64,000 bases of DNA from NCBI GenBank assembly GCA_020137815.1, contig CM035355.1, positions 5,704,001-5,768,000 on the forward strand. The letters are read 5' to 3'. Made by a program: the position numbers and the translations under genes. Each line of letters opens with the position of its first letter. Position 1 is the stretch's first letter. Shown piece after piece: positions 38,401 to 53,400 of the stretch. This stretch comes from Hormiphora californensis (lineage: Eukaryota; Animalia; Ctenophora). Under the pieces are notes generated by a model. It did no database searches. It had not been told where the DNA came from and saw only the letters and a list, made by a program, of their open reading frames with translations.

Positions 38401-41400
38401 GTATCTAATGGTGTGGAGGAGGAGAGTGGGGTTAAAACACCGGTAGGTACACTAGGGGCCGGGGGGGGGGCTTTCGTGTCATGCAGGGGTGGGGTAGCCT
38501 TGTTTTGTTAAAACCCGGGGGGAGCTGCAGGGTTGAGCAAGGCAAGGGTAGGCGGGGAAATAACATTTTGGGAACTTGGAATCAAACTAATTACGGTTCG
38601 GTGACAAGAAGGATGGTTATTGAAACTTCGTTAATTGATTCGTTAATTGATTGATTATTCGAGTAGATAACAGTTATTTTACAAATTAAAAACACTTTAA
38701 AACTTGATAACCGCTGAGTTGCCATATTTTTTAACGGTTGCCGTGGCAACTGAAACGGTAACTATGAGGACTAAATTAGTAAAATTATCATTATAATCAT
38801 TATGTTGTTCTATAGATCTACGCAGTTGAAGGGCAGGACGGTACGATTAGCTGCAGGGTGTACGGACCAAATGATATGGAGATATTGTGGTATAAGAATG
38901 GGACAGAACTGTCAAAGGGTGCTGAATACCAACTAACAATGGTACTAGAGCGGCCATTTTTAATATGCCATTAAATATGCATTTTAGCTTATCTTTCTAC
39001 ATTCTATCATGTTAGCTCTACATTTTTTTACTCCTATATAGTAGTGATTTATCTTAACATGTTCCAAAGGTTGCGTACGACAGCGAGTGTTACTATACCG
39101 AGTCAGTGCTAACAATAAAGAGTACAACTAACGCGAGTGAAGGGAATTACAGTTGTGGCGTTGCTGCTACTAATAACAGTGAGCAGATGGAAATGTATTT
39201 TGAGTTGAAGGTACGTCCCACCACTTCTTCAATTCCCACCGGCCACCAATTACAGTGCTCTATCGGGATCTTGGTAATGAAATTATCCCTCCGCGAAAGC
39301 CCAATAATAGGGTCGACTTCGTAACCAAATCGGGATCCCCGATAGCTGTGCGGTGCCCAATATCACGTGCTAAAATATATCAAGTATTCAACACTCAAAC
39401 ATTAAAGTTAAAACATTGACCCGATTCTCAAACCCATCATGTGTGTGATGCGTCACACATGACGTCACACGATGACGTCACACGTCGTCATGACGACCGG
39501 CCCTATATTTGCAGGTGTACCGGCTGGTTGAGTTCCAATTCCGAGTTACATCAGCAACTACTGAGGCGGAGGCAAGTAGCCCTGAGGTGACCCAATTCAG
39601 TTCAACGTCCCTGGCGTGTACTGCTAGTTACGGAGGAGGGACGTTCTCCTTCATTCGGATCAACGCGAAAGGGGAGAGGGAGAAGCAGTCCAGTAATTAT
39701 GAAGTTGAAACTGATGATGGAGTAAGTTGTCTAAACAAATTTCTCTCCTAGGAGCAAACACTTTACTAGGAGCTCCTACTGAATTTGTTGCTCCTTTATA
39801 AAACTTTTTATCATCCAGGTAGCAGCTGGTTGGAATATTAATTCGTTTGAAGAGGGAGATGTTGGAACGTACGAGTGTAGCGTTGCTTGGGACATAGGAA
39901 CACCAAATGCGGAGAGCTTTGCTCTTACCATCCGTATGGTACGTAGTGGTACAGTTATCAACGTGCTCCTTCATAAAAACACTCACCCAACTGCTCCTTC
40001 ATAAAATTAATCACTTCCCCAGGTATGCCAAAAACCAGATGTTCTTAACGGGATTCTCATCACGGATAACCCTGACACCAACTACATCAAGGCTGGTGAA
40101 TCTGGTGTGCTGAGTTGTGAGGGTGGGTACACTATTAGTGGAGAGAGTGCGGTAACATGTAACGATGAGGGCAACCTGGAGCCGGCAGGGGGTAGCAATT
40201 TAGGGTTGGGAACATGTGAGGAAGTGCCGGAGAAGCGGTGTTCTGTACTTCCCGTACCTACCGGCGGAACTATACTGTGTGAAAAAGAGAGCAACGGCAA
40301 TCTTGTGTGCCACGTGGAATGCTTTGATGGTGAGTCTTGGAGTTACCATGGTTAATTAGTTACAATTCCATGGTTACCATAGTTACCATTAACAATGATC
40401 CAAATGTTCAGTAAAAAAGTTATTTTTAAACACATTACTACACAGGGTACCAGATCTCTGCGTCCGGACAGGAGTACACTTGTACTAAGGGTAGTGGACA
40501 GAATTGGGATCATGTAACGGCGGACAACCCAACTGGAAAAACTGCAATCTGTAACAGTAAGTAGCTGATGTAAAATATATTTTATAGGGTTGAACTATTT
40601 TGGGTGATACACTTTAAAACACGATTTATATAACACCGCACACACCCAGGGCCCTGCAGGGGTCCCACACAGCAGTTGCTGCAGCTAAGAGACCATTATA
40701 TTCCTGTTGCCTACTAAAGTAGTAGTCACTTCAGAAATAGAAATTGCTTTTTAGAAAGGATGACAACTTTTTTTTGTTCCTCTAAAACCCTTCCTATTTT
40801 CTTCAGAGATCACACCCCGAAACTTTGTCTACTCCTTTGATGGTGGATCCTGTCCCACGTGCCCCACGGATGGCTCATGTAACGCCGCCTTCTCCTCCTT
40901 CTCTTGTTCCGGCGGTGAAATCAAGGTTTCCTCGACCCTGGACGACAGCGGCACTCAGTCAGCCCTGAGCAACCTAAACAGAAAGCGCCGACAAACCCGT
41001 GCTATTAGTCTCACCATGACAAGTGCGAGTTGTCCAGATGGATCCGAGTTGAGTGGTGGGGTGTGTGTCCAGTGCAGTGCGGGGTATTATATTGCTAATA
41101 ATACCTGTGTCAAGGCCGAGAGAGGGTTCTATACTGCGTCAGCGGGGATGCTGGAGACTACTGCATGTCCGGAAGGAACGAGCACTGTCGGGCCTGGAGC
41201 TAGCTCTATCAGCGAATGTATAGGTACGTGTGTGAAATCTGTTTTCTGATTCATGTAAAACTCTGTCACATGAAACCAGAAACATCCCCTAGATAGACTC
41301 CCTCTAGCTGGGAAATGATTTCCCAACCCCCCACTACATTAACCCCTCCCTCTCTCTCTCCAGAGGTGTGTAAAGTGACCCAGATCGACAGGGGTTCCAC

Positions 41401-44400
41401 CTACCCTCCGGCGGGGTATGTCATCCCCGCAGGGACCTCTGTTACCCTCTCCTGTAATGGTGATTACCAGTTGGAGTATAAACAAGATAATGTGGTGGAA
41501 TGTGCTGCAGAGCTACCCGGGTGCTACTCCACGTGAGTACTGTGTGATTCAGTGAGATCATGGTAACTGAATTCCCTTTGATCCAGCTCAAAATATCCGG
41601 AACTATTTGCATGTTTTCATGTTGTGTAACACTGTGTAACACTGTAACCTGTATGCTATAACAGGTGTACTCTGGCAAGTGTCCCGTCCGCGATATGGGA
41701 TGGTAACCTGAACAGAGTTGAAGCAGAGGGCGAGGTCATGAATCAAGGCAGTGGTCTCGATGCCCTCTGTAAAGGAGAGGGTGTTAATTGTCCTGTAAGT
41801 ATAATGGTGATCATGATTTTATCATATCAATCATGCTTGAAGTGGGGGCCACTGTGGGACCTCCGAACTGGTCATATCAATCATATGATCTTGATATAAT
41901 ACAGGATGGGCAACGGTGGTTCGTCAGGGGTTTATAACATTGTTTAACACCTCTCTCCCTCTCTTAACAGCCGGGTGGTTCCCCAGTGGTTCGTCAGGGG
42001 TTTATAACATTGTTTAACACCTCTCTCCCTCTCTCTTTACAGTCGGGTGGTTCCCCCGTGGTTCGTCAGGGGTTTATAACATTGTTTAACACCTCTCTCC
42101 CTCTCTTAACAGCCGGGTGGTTCCCGGCCGTGGTTCGTCAGGGGTTTATAACATTGTTTAACACCTCTCTCCCTCTCTCTTTACAGTCGGGTGGTTCCCC
42201 CGTGGTTCGTCAGGGGTTTATAACATTGTTTAACACCTCTCTCCCTCTCTTTACAGTCGGGTAGTGTCCCGGCCGTGGTTCGTCAGGGGTTTATAACATT
42301 GTTTAACACCTCTCTCCCTCTCTTTACAGTCGGGTAGTGTCCCGGCCGTGGTTCGTCAGGGGTTTATAACATTGTTTAACACCTCTCTCCCTCTCTTTAC
42401 AGTCGGGTAGTGTCCCGGCCATGGTTCGTCAGGGGTTTATAACATTGTTTAACACCTCTCTCCCTCTCTCTTTACAGTCGGGTGGTTCCCCGGTGGTTCG
42501 TCAGGGGTTTATAACATTGTTTAACACCTCTCTCCCTCTCTTAACAGCCGGGTGGTTCCCCCGTGGTTCGTCACGGATTCCCAATGACAGCTATATGTGA
42601 CGATAAAAAGGCATTTGACCAAGAGGGTACCACTGACCAGATATTGTACTGTCAGGATGGCAAGGCGCCTACTTATAAGGAGTGCCCTTGTACGTGAATA
42701 TGACTTGACTTGACTTCACTTTTCTACAACTTCAAAACTCCCATCTCAACCATTCCGATCCCAACTACTCTCTCCTCTAACCCGGCCCGATCATCCCCCC
42801 TCTCCAACTCCTCTCCTCTCCTCTAACCCGGCCCCATCATCCCCCCTACCCAACTACTCTCTCCTCTCCCCCGGCCCCATCATTCCCCTCTTCTCTCTCC
42901 GCTCAGATTGTGCAGCGGGTTGTACTGATGAGGAGTGGCAATGTCATCCCCTTCCCATCACCCCCCTTCCCCCCTTCCAACTCCTCTCTTCTCTCCTCAT
43001 CTCCGGCCCCATCATCCCCTCTTTCCAACCCCTTTTTCCAACCCCTCTTTCCAACCCCTCTTCTCTCTCCTAACAGACTGTGCAGCGGGTTGTACTAATG
43101 AGGAGTGGCAGTGTCAGGGGGACTGTGCATGTATTGCCCTGACCCAGAGGTGTGATGGTGTATCTGATTGTACTACCGTAGACGATGCTTCCCTGTCAGA
43201 CGAATATGACTGTCCCTACAAAAGTAACATTATATCCTGTAGACCCCTCTTCGTTACCATGATAACATGGCAACGGGGGCGTCCAACCTTTTCACTTTGT
43301 AATCTCTACATACATGTGGTACCGTTGTTTTGGTGATATAAAAGTTAGGTAGATTTTATAGGGCTAAGAGTCTCATCGTTAGCTCTGAACATTGTAACAA
43401 AATCAACAAGTTAATTTAGCTTTTTTCCTGCAGAAGGGACTCCTACTGGAGTTCAGTTTGACCACTGGCACGACCCCTCTGGATCTAGTGTCCAGCCCAT
43501 CAGAAAGACGTACAAGCAGGCCAATGACTGGGAGTCCTTCAGTGCTTGTCTTTCCTTCCAGACATCCTACACTGGCACCCAGGCAATCTTCTCCTACAAG
43601 TAGGTGTACAAGTCATCTTTTCCAACAAGTAGGTGTCCAAATCATCTTCTCCAACAAGTAGGTGTCCAAGTCATCTCTTAAAATAGTTGTCCAGTATGGG
43701 ATGAGGGACAGTGGCTGGGATCATGGGGACTTGTTTCTTCTACAGGGTGGAATAGCTGGGAACTCTTGGGAGTCCCGGGGTTTATTATAATCTGGCAAGT
43801 ATATCCAGTTTTGGAAGGCTCTATAACCCCCCCCCCCTTTCCCTACTCAGTGGTATGATATCTCTGTTCGTGACGAATGGCTACCTCTCTGCTCAGTTCC
43901 AATTCTCATCCTCCATACCTCCTACCGTGTTTACAAACACTACAGTGCTCGTCAATGATGCTCAATACCACAGGTATAATTATAGGTCACGTTAGCAGTT
44001 CTACATAATATGTTACTATGGCAACCACCATGAAGTATGATTAACAGATGGTCTAAAATCTTGACAAGTTAAACAAAAACAAGTTAAAACAAAACAACCC
44101 CATCTCCTCATTTTAGGGTTTGTCTCTCCTGGGCGTCCTCGGGTGGAGCCCTGAGTATTAGACTTGATTCAAAGGACAAAATATATGATATCATATCCTC
44201 TGACATGAAGACTTGGCCGTTATCCGATCAGAAGTTGGGGGCAGGTGATGTTACTCTCTTCTTGGGATCAGATGGAACGGGCGGGAACACATTCCATGGA
44301 TTTGTAAAGGACATGGTAAGTGGTGCAGAACGGCCCTATTCAGCATAGTGATCAGCACTGAGTAGCCCCAGGTTCTTCGTAACTGCCATTAGTCATACCA

Positions 44401-47400
44401 TCAAGCAGCCTCAATTTCTCTTTTTAACTCATCAAATTATAATACTCCAACCATATATTGCAACGGCCAGCGGCAATTCCAATTATACTCCCACTACTCC
44501 CTCCCCTTCACAGTCAGTGATCCAGAAGAACTCCCCCTCCCTAATTTGTCTTTCTAACTCCCTCTCCCCTTCACAGTCAGTGCTCCAGAAGAACTCCCCC
44601 TCCCCAATTTGTCTTTCTAACTCCCCTCCCCTTCACAGTCAGTGCTCCAGAAGTTCCTCTCTGCAGAGGATCTAGAAAACTACTTCGACTCCTGTATGTA
44701 TCCAGCTGCCAATAGCACCCGGGTATTCTGGAAGAACATTCTGGACCTGGCGGGGGACCACGAGACCATGGAATACAATGATGGGAGCTGTAGTAATTTG
44801 GAATATAACCCTGTTTGTGATGTAAGTAGGGAGTTGTTGTAGTAGTGTGGAATACACCCCTGTGTGTGATGTAAGTAGGGAGTTGTAGTAATGTGGAATA
44901 CACCCCTGTAGGGAGTTGTAGTGATTTGGAATATAACCCTAGGAATTAAACAGACGGGAATTAAACAAACAAGCAGTGCTGAAAGACGTTCAATCCAAAT
45001 CTATAGATGTATTTTAACCTGTCCTGAACATTATTTAACACTCCTCATAGTTAGGGGATTTTAGTAAAAAAAGGGCCAAGTTTTCAGCAAAATTTTTAAC
45101 AAGCTAATTTCTTCACCAATAGGTCCGGATAGGTGTCTAGTATCACCAAAAAAAAGTACACGATAATCGGAAGTGCGCACACGCGCTGAGCGCGCAAGAA
45201 GTAAACACATGTAAATACATGTATTTCTAGCCTGGCACGAAAACCCAAAAACCATCTTAGGAGACGAGTAGAGAAAAAATCAAGGGCACTAGATTGTGTA
45301 GCGTCCTCGCATTAGTGGGGGTAGGTGCTGGAATTAAGTCTCTATCTCATCTGGTTAATTAGATAATTGGATAATTAGATATGCACATAACCGTATTTTG
45401 GCTATATGGCTATAGCCACTTAGGAATGGTTTAGAGACTTTTCATTGGTGCCATTTTGTTCAGAAAAAAATTTCAATCTAAGAGTTGTGGAAAAATTTAG
45501 AGCCTATCTCTTACCGTTTTGGCGTTATTTGCAGTCAAAGAAGGCCAATTAACTAATTTTTTGGCATTTTCGGCTGATTTGGCATACTTTGACACGGCGT
45601 GCCTGGTGAAATTTTAACACGACCTAGCATGCAACGGGAAACCACCACTTGTACGTGGTAGCTGAGGGTCTACAGAATGGCGCTACGGTGCGGGAAAAAA
45701 AAGTCCATGCCCTAAAATCGTTTTTTTTACTTTTATTTGATTTGGGTCAAAATTGGCTATATTAAACGTGGTCCCGAAAAATCCATAATGACTTAGCACA
45801 CGAAATATGTCACCCCTACTTATTTTTGCACGTAGAATCGATTGCCGTTGAAGTCGAATCTCTAAAATGACTGTAAAATGGTCAAAAGTTGATTTTTTAC
45901 CATTTTTTGGAGGTTTTTGGCCCCTAAACCATTGAAAACGTTGAGATAGGGATTTGAAACTAGTGCCAATCGTTAAAATGGTCATTTTTCTACCAAGAAC
46001 CAAGTTTTCGTGTATATCCGATTTATGGTTAGATTTGGGCAAATTGTTGAAATCTGCCAAGTAGGAGAACCGTAACTTGATTTTCTTGTTTTTTGAATTT
46101 TGGCATTTTTGACAAACTTCTGATTGAAATGGTCAATCGGGACCATGCTTAAGTTGTTTATGGGACAATTTTCGACTAAAATCCAAGATTTCATACCAAT
46201 CCAATAACAGATCGTTGATTTATAGAAAATTTAAGTAGGCAAAACGGTGAAAATGACAACTTTTCTTGCTTATTTTCACCGTTTTGCCTACTTAAATTTT
46301 CTATAAATCAACGATCTGTTATTGGATTGGTATGAAATCTTGGATTTAGTCGAAAATTGTCCCATAAACAACTTAAGCATGGTCCCGATTGACCATTTCA
46401 ATCAGAAGTTTGTCAAAAATGCCAAAATTCAAAAAACAAGAAAATCAAGTTACGGTTCTCCTACTTGGCAGATTTCAACAATTTGCCCAAATCTAACCAT
46501 AAATCGGATATACACGAAAACTTGGTTCTTGGTAGAAAAATGACCATTTTAACGATTGGCACTAGTTTCAAATCCCTATCTCAACGTTTTCAATGGTTTA
46601 GGGGCCAAAAACCTCCAAAAAATGGTAAAAAATCAACTTTTGACCATTTTACAGTCATTTTAGAGATTCGACTTCAACGGCAATCGATTCTACGTGCAAA
46701 AATAAGTAGGGGTGACATATTTCGTGTGCTAAGTCATTATGGATTTTTCGGGACCACGTTTAATATAGCCAATTTTGACCCAAATCAAATAAAAGTAAAA
46801 AAACGATTTTAGGGCATGGACTTTTTTTTCCCGCACCGTAGCGCCATTCTGTAGACCCTCAGCTACCACGTACAAGTGGTGGTTTCCCGTTGCATGCTAG
46901 GTCGTGTTAAAATTTCACCAGGCACGCCGTGTTGACTGCAAATAACGCCAAAACGGTAAGAGATAGGCTCTAAATTTTTCCACAACTCTTAGATTGAAAT
47001 TTTTTTCTGAACAAAATGGCACCAATGAAAAGTCTCTAAACCATTCCTAAGTGGCTATAGCCATATAGCCAAAATACGGTTATGCGCATATCTAATTATC
47101 CAATTATCTAATTAACCAGATGAGATAGAGACTTAATTCCAGCACCTACCCCCACTAATGCGAGGACGCTACACAATCTAGTGCCCTTGATTTTTTCTCT
47201 ACTCGTCTCCTAAGATGGTTTTTGGGTTTTCGTGCCAGGCTAGAAATACATGTATTTACATGGGTTTACTTCTTGCGCGCTCAGAGCGTGTGCGCACTTC
47301 CGATTATCGTGTACTTTTTTTTGGTGATACTAGACACCTATCCGGACCTATTGGTGAAGAAATTAGCTTGTTAAAAATTTTGCTGAAAACTTGGCCCTTT

Positions 47401-50400
47401 TTTTACTAAAATTCCCTAACTATCACCAGAAAACATCATTTAAGGTTTGTACAACACCTCTGACACTACTCCCCTCTCCAGAAAATGTGTGCAGCGTCCA
47501 AGTACCAGTGCAAGAAAACCTGTGACTGTGTCAACTCGTGGCAGGTGTGTGATCTGTTCACTCAGCACTGTATAGACAATAGTGATGAAGAATACTGCAA
47601 ACCAAGTGATGGGTTCTACACTTCTTACAGCGAACAGCTTACCTACGAAACAAGGTAATAAATTTGGTAATGCAATTACCCCTCTGTTATTATTGCAATA
47701 AAGGGGTGACTTCGTAACCAAGTAATAACTTGACAAGCTATTTGGTGGCTTCGCGGGCTTCGTCTTACCGCACGCTATGTGCAGGAGTTATTAGGGTGAC
47801 TGCGTCACCAAACAAGCTATGTAGTGTTAGAATGAGGGTCCGTTGCTATAGAGTCCGTTTCTATGAGGGTCCGTTAGTCTTTACTATGGAGTCCGTTAGT
47901 ACTATGGAGTCCGTTTCTATGAGGGGCTGTTACTATAGAGTCCGTTACTATAATAGAGTCCGTTACAATATGTATTATACCGCCTGGGCCAAAAAAAACG
48001 TGGGGTACGCCGAGCCTCATATCTACCAAATCGTAACTTTTATCACTCTGATATTTTGACACAATTTTTGTATACCTACTCATTCGAGGAATCCGGAGTT
48101 TCAATTCCTAAAACTTCAAAATTCATTAATGAACTCAATTTTTCATTTTTCGGGTTTTTCGAGGTTTTCTCTTGTTTATATTCAATTTTATTCTTATAAA
48201 TGACCGCCATGCAATAGAACAACTAACAACAAATGGCAATCTGCATTTTTATTAAAATTGAATCAAGTTTAGTGGGTGAAATAAACAATATAAAACTGTT
48301 CATTTTTACCGGAAATCGATTTTGACCCGTTTTGACGAGAAATAGGTAATTTCAGGCGCTAAAAATTGGTAAGGCCATTGCACTTGATCAATGTTGATAT
48401 TAGCCGGAATTTTAGCTCTCTATCTCAAAGTTCATTTTTCCGACTGGAATGAATCCTGAATGAACTTGAAAACAGGAATGCTTTTTCAAACCGGAATTTC
48501 ACAGTCGTCTTTGGGTATCGATTTCCTTTCAAACGCGACTAATTTTAGCTCAATTGGACCACCACAAGAGACACAGTGGCTAGTTTTCTAACCCTAGGTC
48601 TGGTCATGTGACCCCCATTGAGACGCTAGTGTCATTACGAAGTGCCAATAAGCAGGTGTAACGGTCGAGTATCACGTATCACATCTGCTAATGAGGACGG
48701 TGTACCGATACAGCGTCCGTTAGAATGTAAGTTCTCTTGCTAACACGTCATAATTTGATGGGGATCACATGACATTGACCCAACCTAGGCTTGGTAAACT
48801 GGTCACTGTGATTCTTGTGGTGATCCAATTAAGCTCAAACTGGTCGCGTTCGAAAGAAAATCGATAGCCAAACAAATTTGTGAAACTTTGGTACCGAAAT
48901 ATGGTCCAATTTTGATGTTCATTCAATGTTCATTCGGGCGAAAAAAATGAACTTTTATCTAGAGGGCTGAAACTCCGGATTCCTCGAATGAGTACCCATA
49001 CAAATATTGTGTCAAAATATCAGAGTGATGGAAGTTAAGAATTGGGAGATATGAGGCTCGGCGTACCCCACGTTTTTTTTGGCCCAGGCGGTAGTATCCC
49101 AACACTTATTCTACTCATGTCCCTCCTCCAGCTTCCCTATAACATTTGCGATGTTTTCTTCCCCCTCCTGCTGGTCCGTTTCTTTTCTCAATCTGTATAA
49201 TCTTCGTTTCCTGGGTGCTCCTCCGCTGCAGTCCTCTGATTCTTTCACCAGTCTTTCATCACGATCACCTCCTAGTGGCTCGAATGGTATTATGTCATCA
49301 CTGCATTCATCTTCCATGGGGGGTATAATTTCAGGATCGGATATAATTTCAGGATCGGGTATAATTTCAGGATCGGATATAATTTCAGGATCGGGTATAA
49401 TTTCAGGATCGGGTATAATTTCAGGATCGGGTATAATTTCAGGATCGGATATAATTTCAGGATCGGGTATAATTTCAGGATCGGATATGATTTCAGGATC
49501 GGGTATAATTTCAGGATCGGGTATAATTTCAGGATCGGATATAATTTCAGGATCGGGTATAATTTCAGGATCGGGTATGATGTCATCATCTTTCAGTGTT
49601 CTGGGTATTGCCACAGCACTGATTTCTGCCTCATCTAACTTCACCGAGGTACACCTCTTAGTAACAGGACTGCCACTCGATCCTGCAGCGTTTTCAGACC
49701 TTTTAGTAACAGGACTGCCACTCGATCCTGCAGCGTTTTCAGACCTCTTAGTAACAGGACTACCACTAGATCCTGCAGCGTTTTCAGACCTCTTAGTACC
49801 AGGAATGCCACTCGATCCTGCAGCGTTTTCAGACCTCTTAGTACCAGCACCAATAACAGTATCAGACCTCTTGGTACCAGGCATAACGACATTGTTACCG
49901 GATCTCCTCCCACTACTGGACCCACTGGACTCTCTCCTCCCACTAATCCCACTGGACCCCTGCAGTCTCGCCATCTCAATCTCCATAGTATCAACCGGCC
50001 CTGACTGCCTCCTGTGTGGCAAACTCGGACAAACTCTAGCGCACAATTTGCGAACTAAGAACCTCCCCTTTTTCAACATGTCGCTGTATATAAGCGGGTT
50101 TAAGACCGAGTTAACGGGGAGGACTATGACGGAGATGTAACCGTAGGTTGATGTGGCATCCAACACCCCTCCCAGATGCAGACAACAGATCACACAAAAT
50201 GGAACCCAGGAGAGGAAATCCGTTCCGATTATCAGGCTTACCTTCCGGTCGATTTTCTGTTGCCGCTTCACAAGTTTCTCCAGATGCACCGCCCGTGAGT
50301 TTGGGCCACCACCTCCACCAGCTGCCCTCCTGCTCCGAACCTGGAACTGTGCCAAACTCCTGCTACTCTGCAACCGGATTGCCGTGTAACACCCAGCGAT

Positions 50401-53400
50401 GACCCCCATACACATCAGGTTAATGGTCATCAGGAGAGCCGCTAGGGGCATCTGGGGATCAGATGGCGTCACGAGGTACTTGAACATGCAGACACCCGCG
50501 TTGCCATAGAAACTAACCGTTGAACTCATGGCATCCCACTCGTAGTATTGGTTGGTGAACATGCCCTGGATCAGAAGTACAAGGTTGTCCCACCTCAGGT
50601 CTTCTGTACTCTGATGGATTCTCCCATAGTACCCTTCGATAACCCGCATGTGTTCCCGTTTAGAGACTACCCCGGTGAAGAATCGAACTGCGGGGTCCCA
50701 AACCTTACCATTCACAAACGTCTCGTCAAGGACTTTGACAATCGGCACCACCGCAATGAGGACTGCGCTGCTGAGGATGAAGCTGATGATAACCAACATT
50801 TTCAAGATCCGTTTCAGGTTAACATCCCGGGCCTCCCGAAGTCCCCCGCATACCCTTATCGCACGGGTGACACTCAGCACTGTCATGGCGAAGATGGAGA
50901 TTTCCGTGGCCGTAGTGTTTAGGACACCCAGGGCTGTGCACATCTTCCCGGATAGCCAGGACATTCGGAGGGAGCAGAAGGAATCACCAAACACGAACTG
51001 GTCGTATAGTGATAGGACGAGGAGGTAGATTCCCGTGACGAGGTCACCCAGGGAGATCACACAAATCAGGATGGTGTTTTCGAATCCTATCATGGATTTG
51101 ATTTTCCAAAGCTTCATCAGGTTTTTCCGGATGGACATGGAGTTGAGAAGGGTCGCTACTGTCCCGAAAAGTATAGCACATACTTTTAGCACTTTTGATT
51201 CCAGAAGTTCTTTTCCGCATTTCTCATTGCACTCGTCAGACAGGTCACCACAGTCAAACTGGCCATCGCACACGGAAGAAATGGCCACAAACCGCCGTCC
51301 GTCAGAGCACTCAAAGTTATTCTCACATCCCCTTTCGTCGGTTCCATTTCTGCAGTTGGAGACGAGGTCGCACACCACACCGTAGGGAACACAATCACCA
51401 TCTCCACATTGAAAAACCTCCTGGGTGTACTCTCCCCTGTTCGGCAGGGCAAAAGTCAGTTGACCCGATTCGTGGATGGTATAGACTCGATTCCAGAACT
51501 TCCCTGTACAACTGTTATGTGGAACAGACGTGGTTAGATCAAGGGGGCATGAGGCGTCAATACAGCCGTCCAGACAAGCTGCTAGGATGAATGCATAGCC
51601 GTATAAATGCCGACATGATTGTTTGCGTTTTGGAAGCGTCACCATGGCTACCGATTCCAGCCCAAATGTGGTTCCCTCCCTCTTCAGTCCGGTCTTTGTC
51701 GTACAGCCTCCCATCTCCCGTTGAAGATTCTCCAATCCTGGCTGACAGAAACCCATGGCGATGGTCTTCTTCTTGTTGCCCCGGGTAACGGGACTCTGTT
51801 TAGGTTCCCATCCACATATCTGGTTTTCCCTGTGACACGTGTCCCTTCCATCGCACATCTGATCCTCCGCTATGTAGGGAGCACCGCCGAACTGGCACAC
51901 AAATACATCTTGACAGAGGGTAGTTTTTGTAACGACCCTGCTAGTTCGATCATCACCGCACCTCTTCCACAGACCCTCTCTCTCATCTTCTCCCCCTTGA
52001 CAGTCCTCCACTCCATCTCCCACCCAGTTGAGGGGTATTTTTAGAGGTTTCACCCCGGTAACAGGACGGTACTTTCTCAAACAAACCTGCAGGAGAACAA
52101 TCAGAGATAAATATAGTTATACGCCTACGGTGGGTTCAATTTATCCCAGGTTTGACCAACCTAGGCGATGTTATCCCAGGTTTGACACACACTGAAACTT
52201 AAAGTCATGTACCAGTGTCCAATGTCCATAGTTTAGTAATGGAAAGTCTCGATATAGTTAATACATACCTGATAGAGAGAAACTCGGCAGTTATCTTCAT
52301 CCTCCCCATAAGTGCAATCCTCCCTCCCATCGCACAGCTGATGTTTATGGATCAAACAAGCGGGGGAAACTGCAACACACAGCTTGTCCATGGAGTCATC
52401 ACATAGACCCTTAAAAAAGGGCTTGCAGACGATGGAAGATGATACACTAGATGGAAATCCGTCTATCGGGCACACAACCCCCACCCTTCTGGGGTCGGAA
52501 CAGTTGGTCTGATCACGGAAATCCTCGCAGTAGGGCATGTACAGGTACGGCCCCTCGGCGAAGGACTGGTAATCTACCGTCAGGGATTTGACAACTTGGG
52601 CTCTTGTTCGAATCTCTGCACACCTGAATGACAATTATGATATGCGTTACAACAAATTCACAATTTGAATCGGGATTATACACTTTCTAAACTTCTCAAA
52701 CAATTAAAAGATAAAATGTTTGAGTACCCTAAAAGGAACCGACCGACACAAGTAATCAACCAATCAGAACTCGGTATTTAGGTCATGTGACTGGTTATCA
52801 GCCAATCAGGGACCAGTATTTCCTGATTCGGTCGGTTCTTGCCTAAAATAATAGGCGCTTCTTACCTGACATAATCAAATATTGGTAGTTGAACGAGTGT
52901 CATATTATAGCTCCGTTTGTGATAGGAACTCAAACATTTCGGATAGTTCGTAAATTTCAAACATTCGTCTTTTGTTAGCATGCAACTCTCTTCTATAATA
53001 GGAATGAGGTTAATTGCAAAAAATTCAAATCCCGATTCATCGGAACCCCGATTTACCACGCATCATCCCGGTACCTAAATCAGGGTCCGACTGTATTTAG
53101 TTTTTTTTTTATGTAGATGAGATGCTAGAAAATTTACACGAGGCTCGATACAAAATGTTAATATAATTATCCGGCTCACCCAAATAACTAGTATGATCCC
53201 GTGCAGTACAAGAAAAGAGAGGTCGTATATATTTTCGATTTCTACACGTCTTCCCATACCGGAATCCCCCACAATACTTTTCGTCGTCGCACCTGGAATA
53301 CGAAAAGAACAATTATAAATGCAGCCAATAAGTTTCAGTTTCAATTAACACATTTGCTGTGTTCTCGCTAGGAGATTTTCCTCCCTAAGATTTGACATGC

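Noticed and set aside
49079-50140. 353-aa plus-strand ORF
   Set aside because: Antisense shadow of the repetitive GPCR tail.
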